Shown here: one piece after another, positions 63,715 to 64,000 of the stretch | Numbering within the stretch: position 1 is the first letter of the stretch | How the letters are laid out: each line of letters begins with the position of its first letter | Assembly: GCA_963728565.1 (NCBI GenBank) | Contig: CAVSLC010000028.1 | Coordinates: 32,001-96,000 of the forward strand | Source of the DNA: an uncultured delta proteobacterium | Lineage (GTDB): Bacteria > Desulfobacterota > Binatia > UBA9968 | Direction of reading: 5' to 3' | Length of the DNA: 64,000 nt | Program-made: the position numbers and the translations under genes | The notes under the pieces: model-generated | The model's database searches: none | The model's input: only the letters and a program-made list of their open reading frames with translations | What the model was told of the DNA's origin: nothing

Positions 63715-64000
63715 CTATGAATGTGTGCCAGTGGCTGTAATCGCCGTACACAGGCCCGTATTGGTAGTTGGCTGTAACTCGTACGACATTCTGGTCGTCC
63801 GCCTAATTGCAATCGGATCCGGAGGTGTGAAACCTATCAGCCCGATCAAGCGATAGAAGAAAAAGTTATAAGTTCCTTGAGCTTGCACCTCAACGAATTT
63901 CGCACAAGTCGCGGCTCCCGTCGCATAATACTTGACGGTCGCCTGCTTAGTTGCTGGCGAGCCCGTCACGAGACGCTCCGGCAGGTTATCGTAAACCTGA
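63715..64000 (-). CDS. TadE/TadF-like minor pilin (5' part outside window)
   Basis: FVEVQAQGTYNFFFY...RTTRMSYELQP aligns with the C-terminus of 26107-26625. Confidence 0.8.
   Translation of the reverse strand, partial: QVYDNLPERLVTGSPATKQATVKYYATGAATCAKFVEVQAQGTYNFFFYRLIGLIGFTPPDPIAIRRTTRMSYELQPTTNTGLCTAITATGTHS

Overview
Bacterial chromosomal window, about 55-60% GC by eye. The gene content suggests Candidatus Binatia or a related Deltaproteobacteria-like lineage; this is inference only. It holds a selA-selB-selD cluster in which SelD is itself a selenoprotein (in-frame UGA at 6599-6601 plus a SECIS-like hairpin). There are eleven solute-binding-protein genes, mostly without a cognate permease, interleaved with catabolic-type enzymes (UbiD, Pht5-like decarboxylase, amidohydrolases, dehydrogenases, LLM, creatininase-like). 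A 38.4-48.7 kb co-oriented cluster has two cyclase-fold proteins and an M20 homologue that have lost their canonical metal ligands. Two paralogous Tad minor-pilin cassettes, decayed PIN toxin and Y1 transposase genes, and several families of small intergenic repeats or MITEs are also present. The most specific finding is a 593-bp internally deleted IS1111-type (IS110 family) element at 27689-28281. Its ends, circle-junction geometry and bridge/seek-RNA guide segments are all readable, and the guides match its own insertion site, the terminal motif of a Y1-transposase element. Many single-base frameshifts in otherwise intact genes probably reflect sequencing error. No rRNA, tRNA (including selC) or CRISPR array was recognised.
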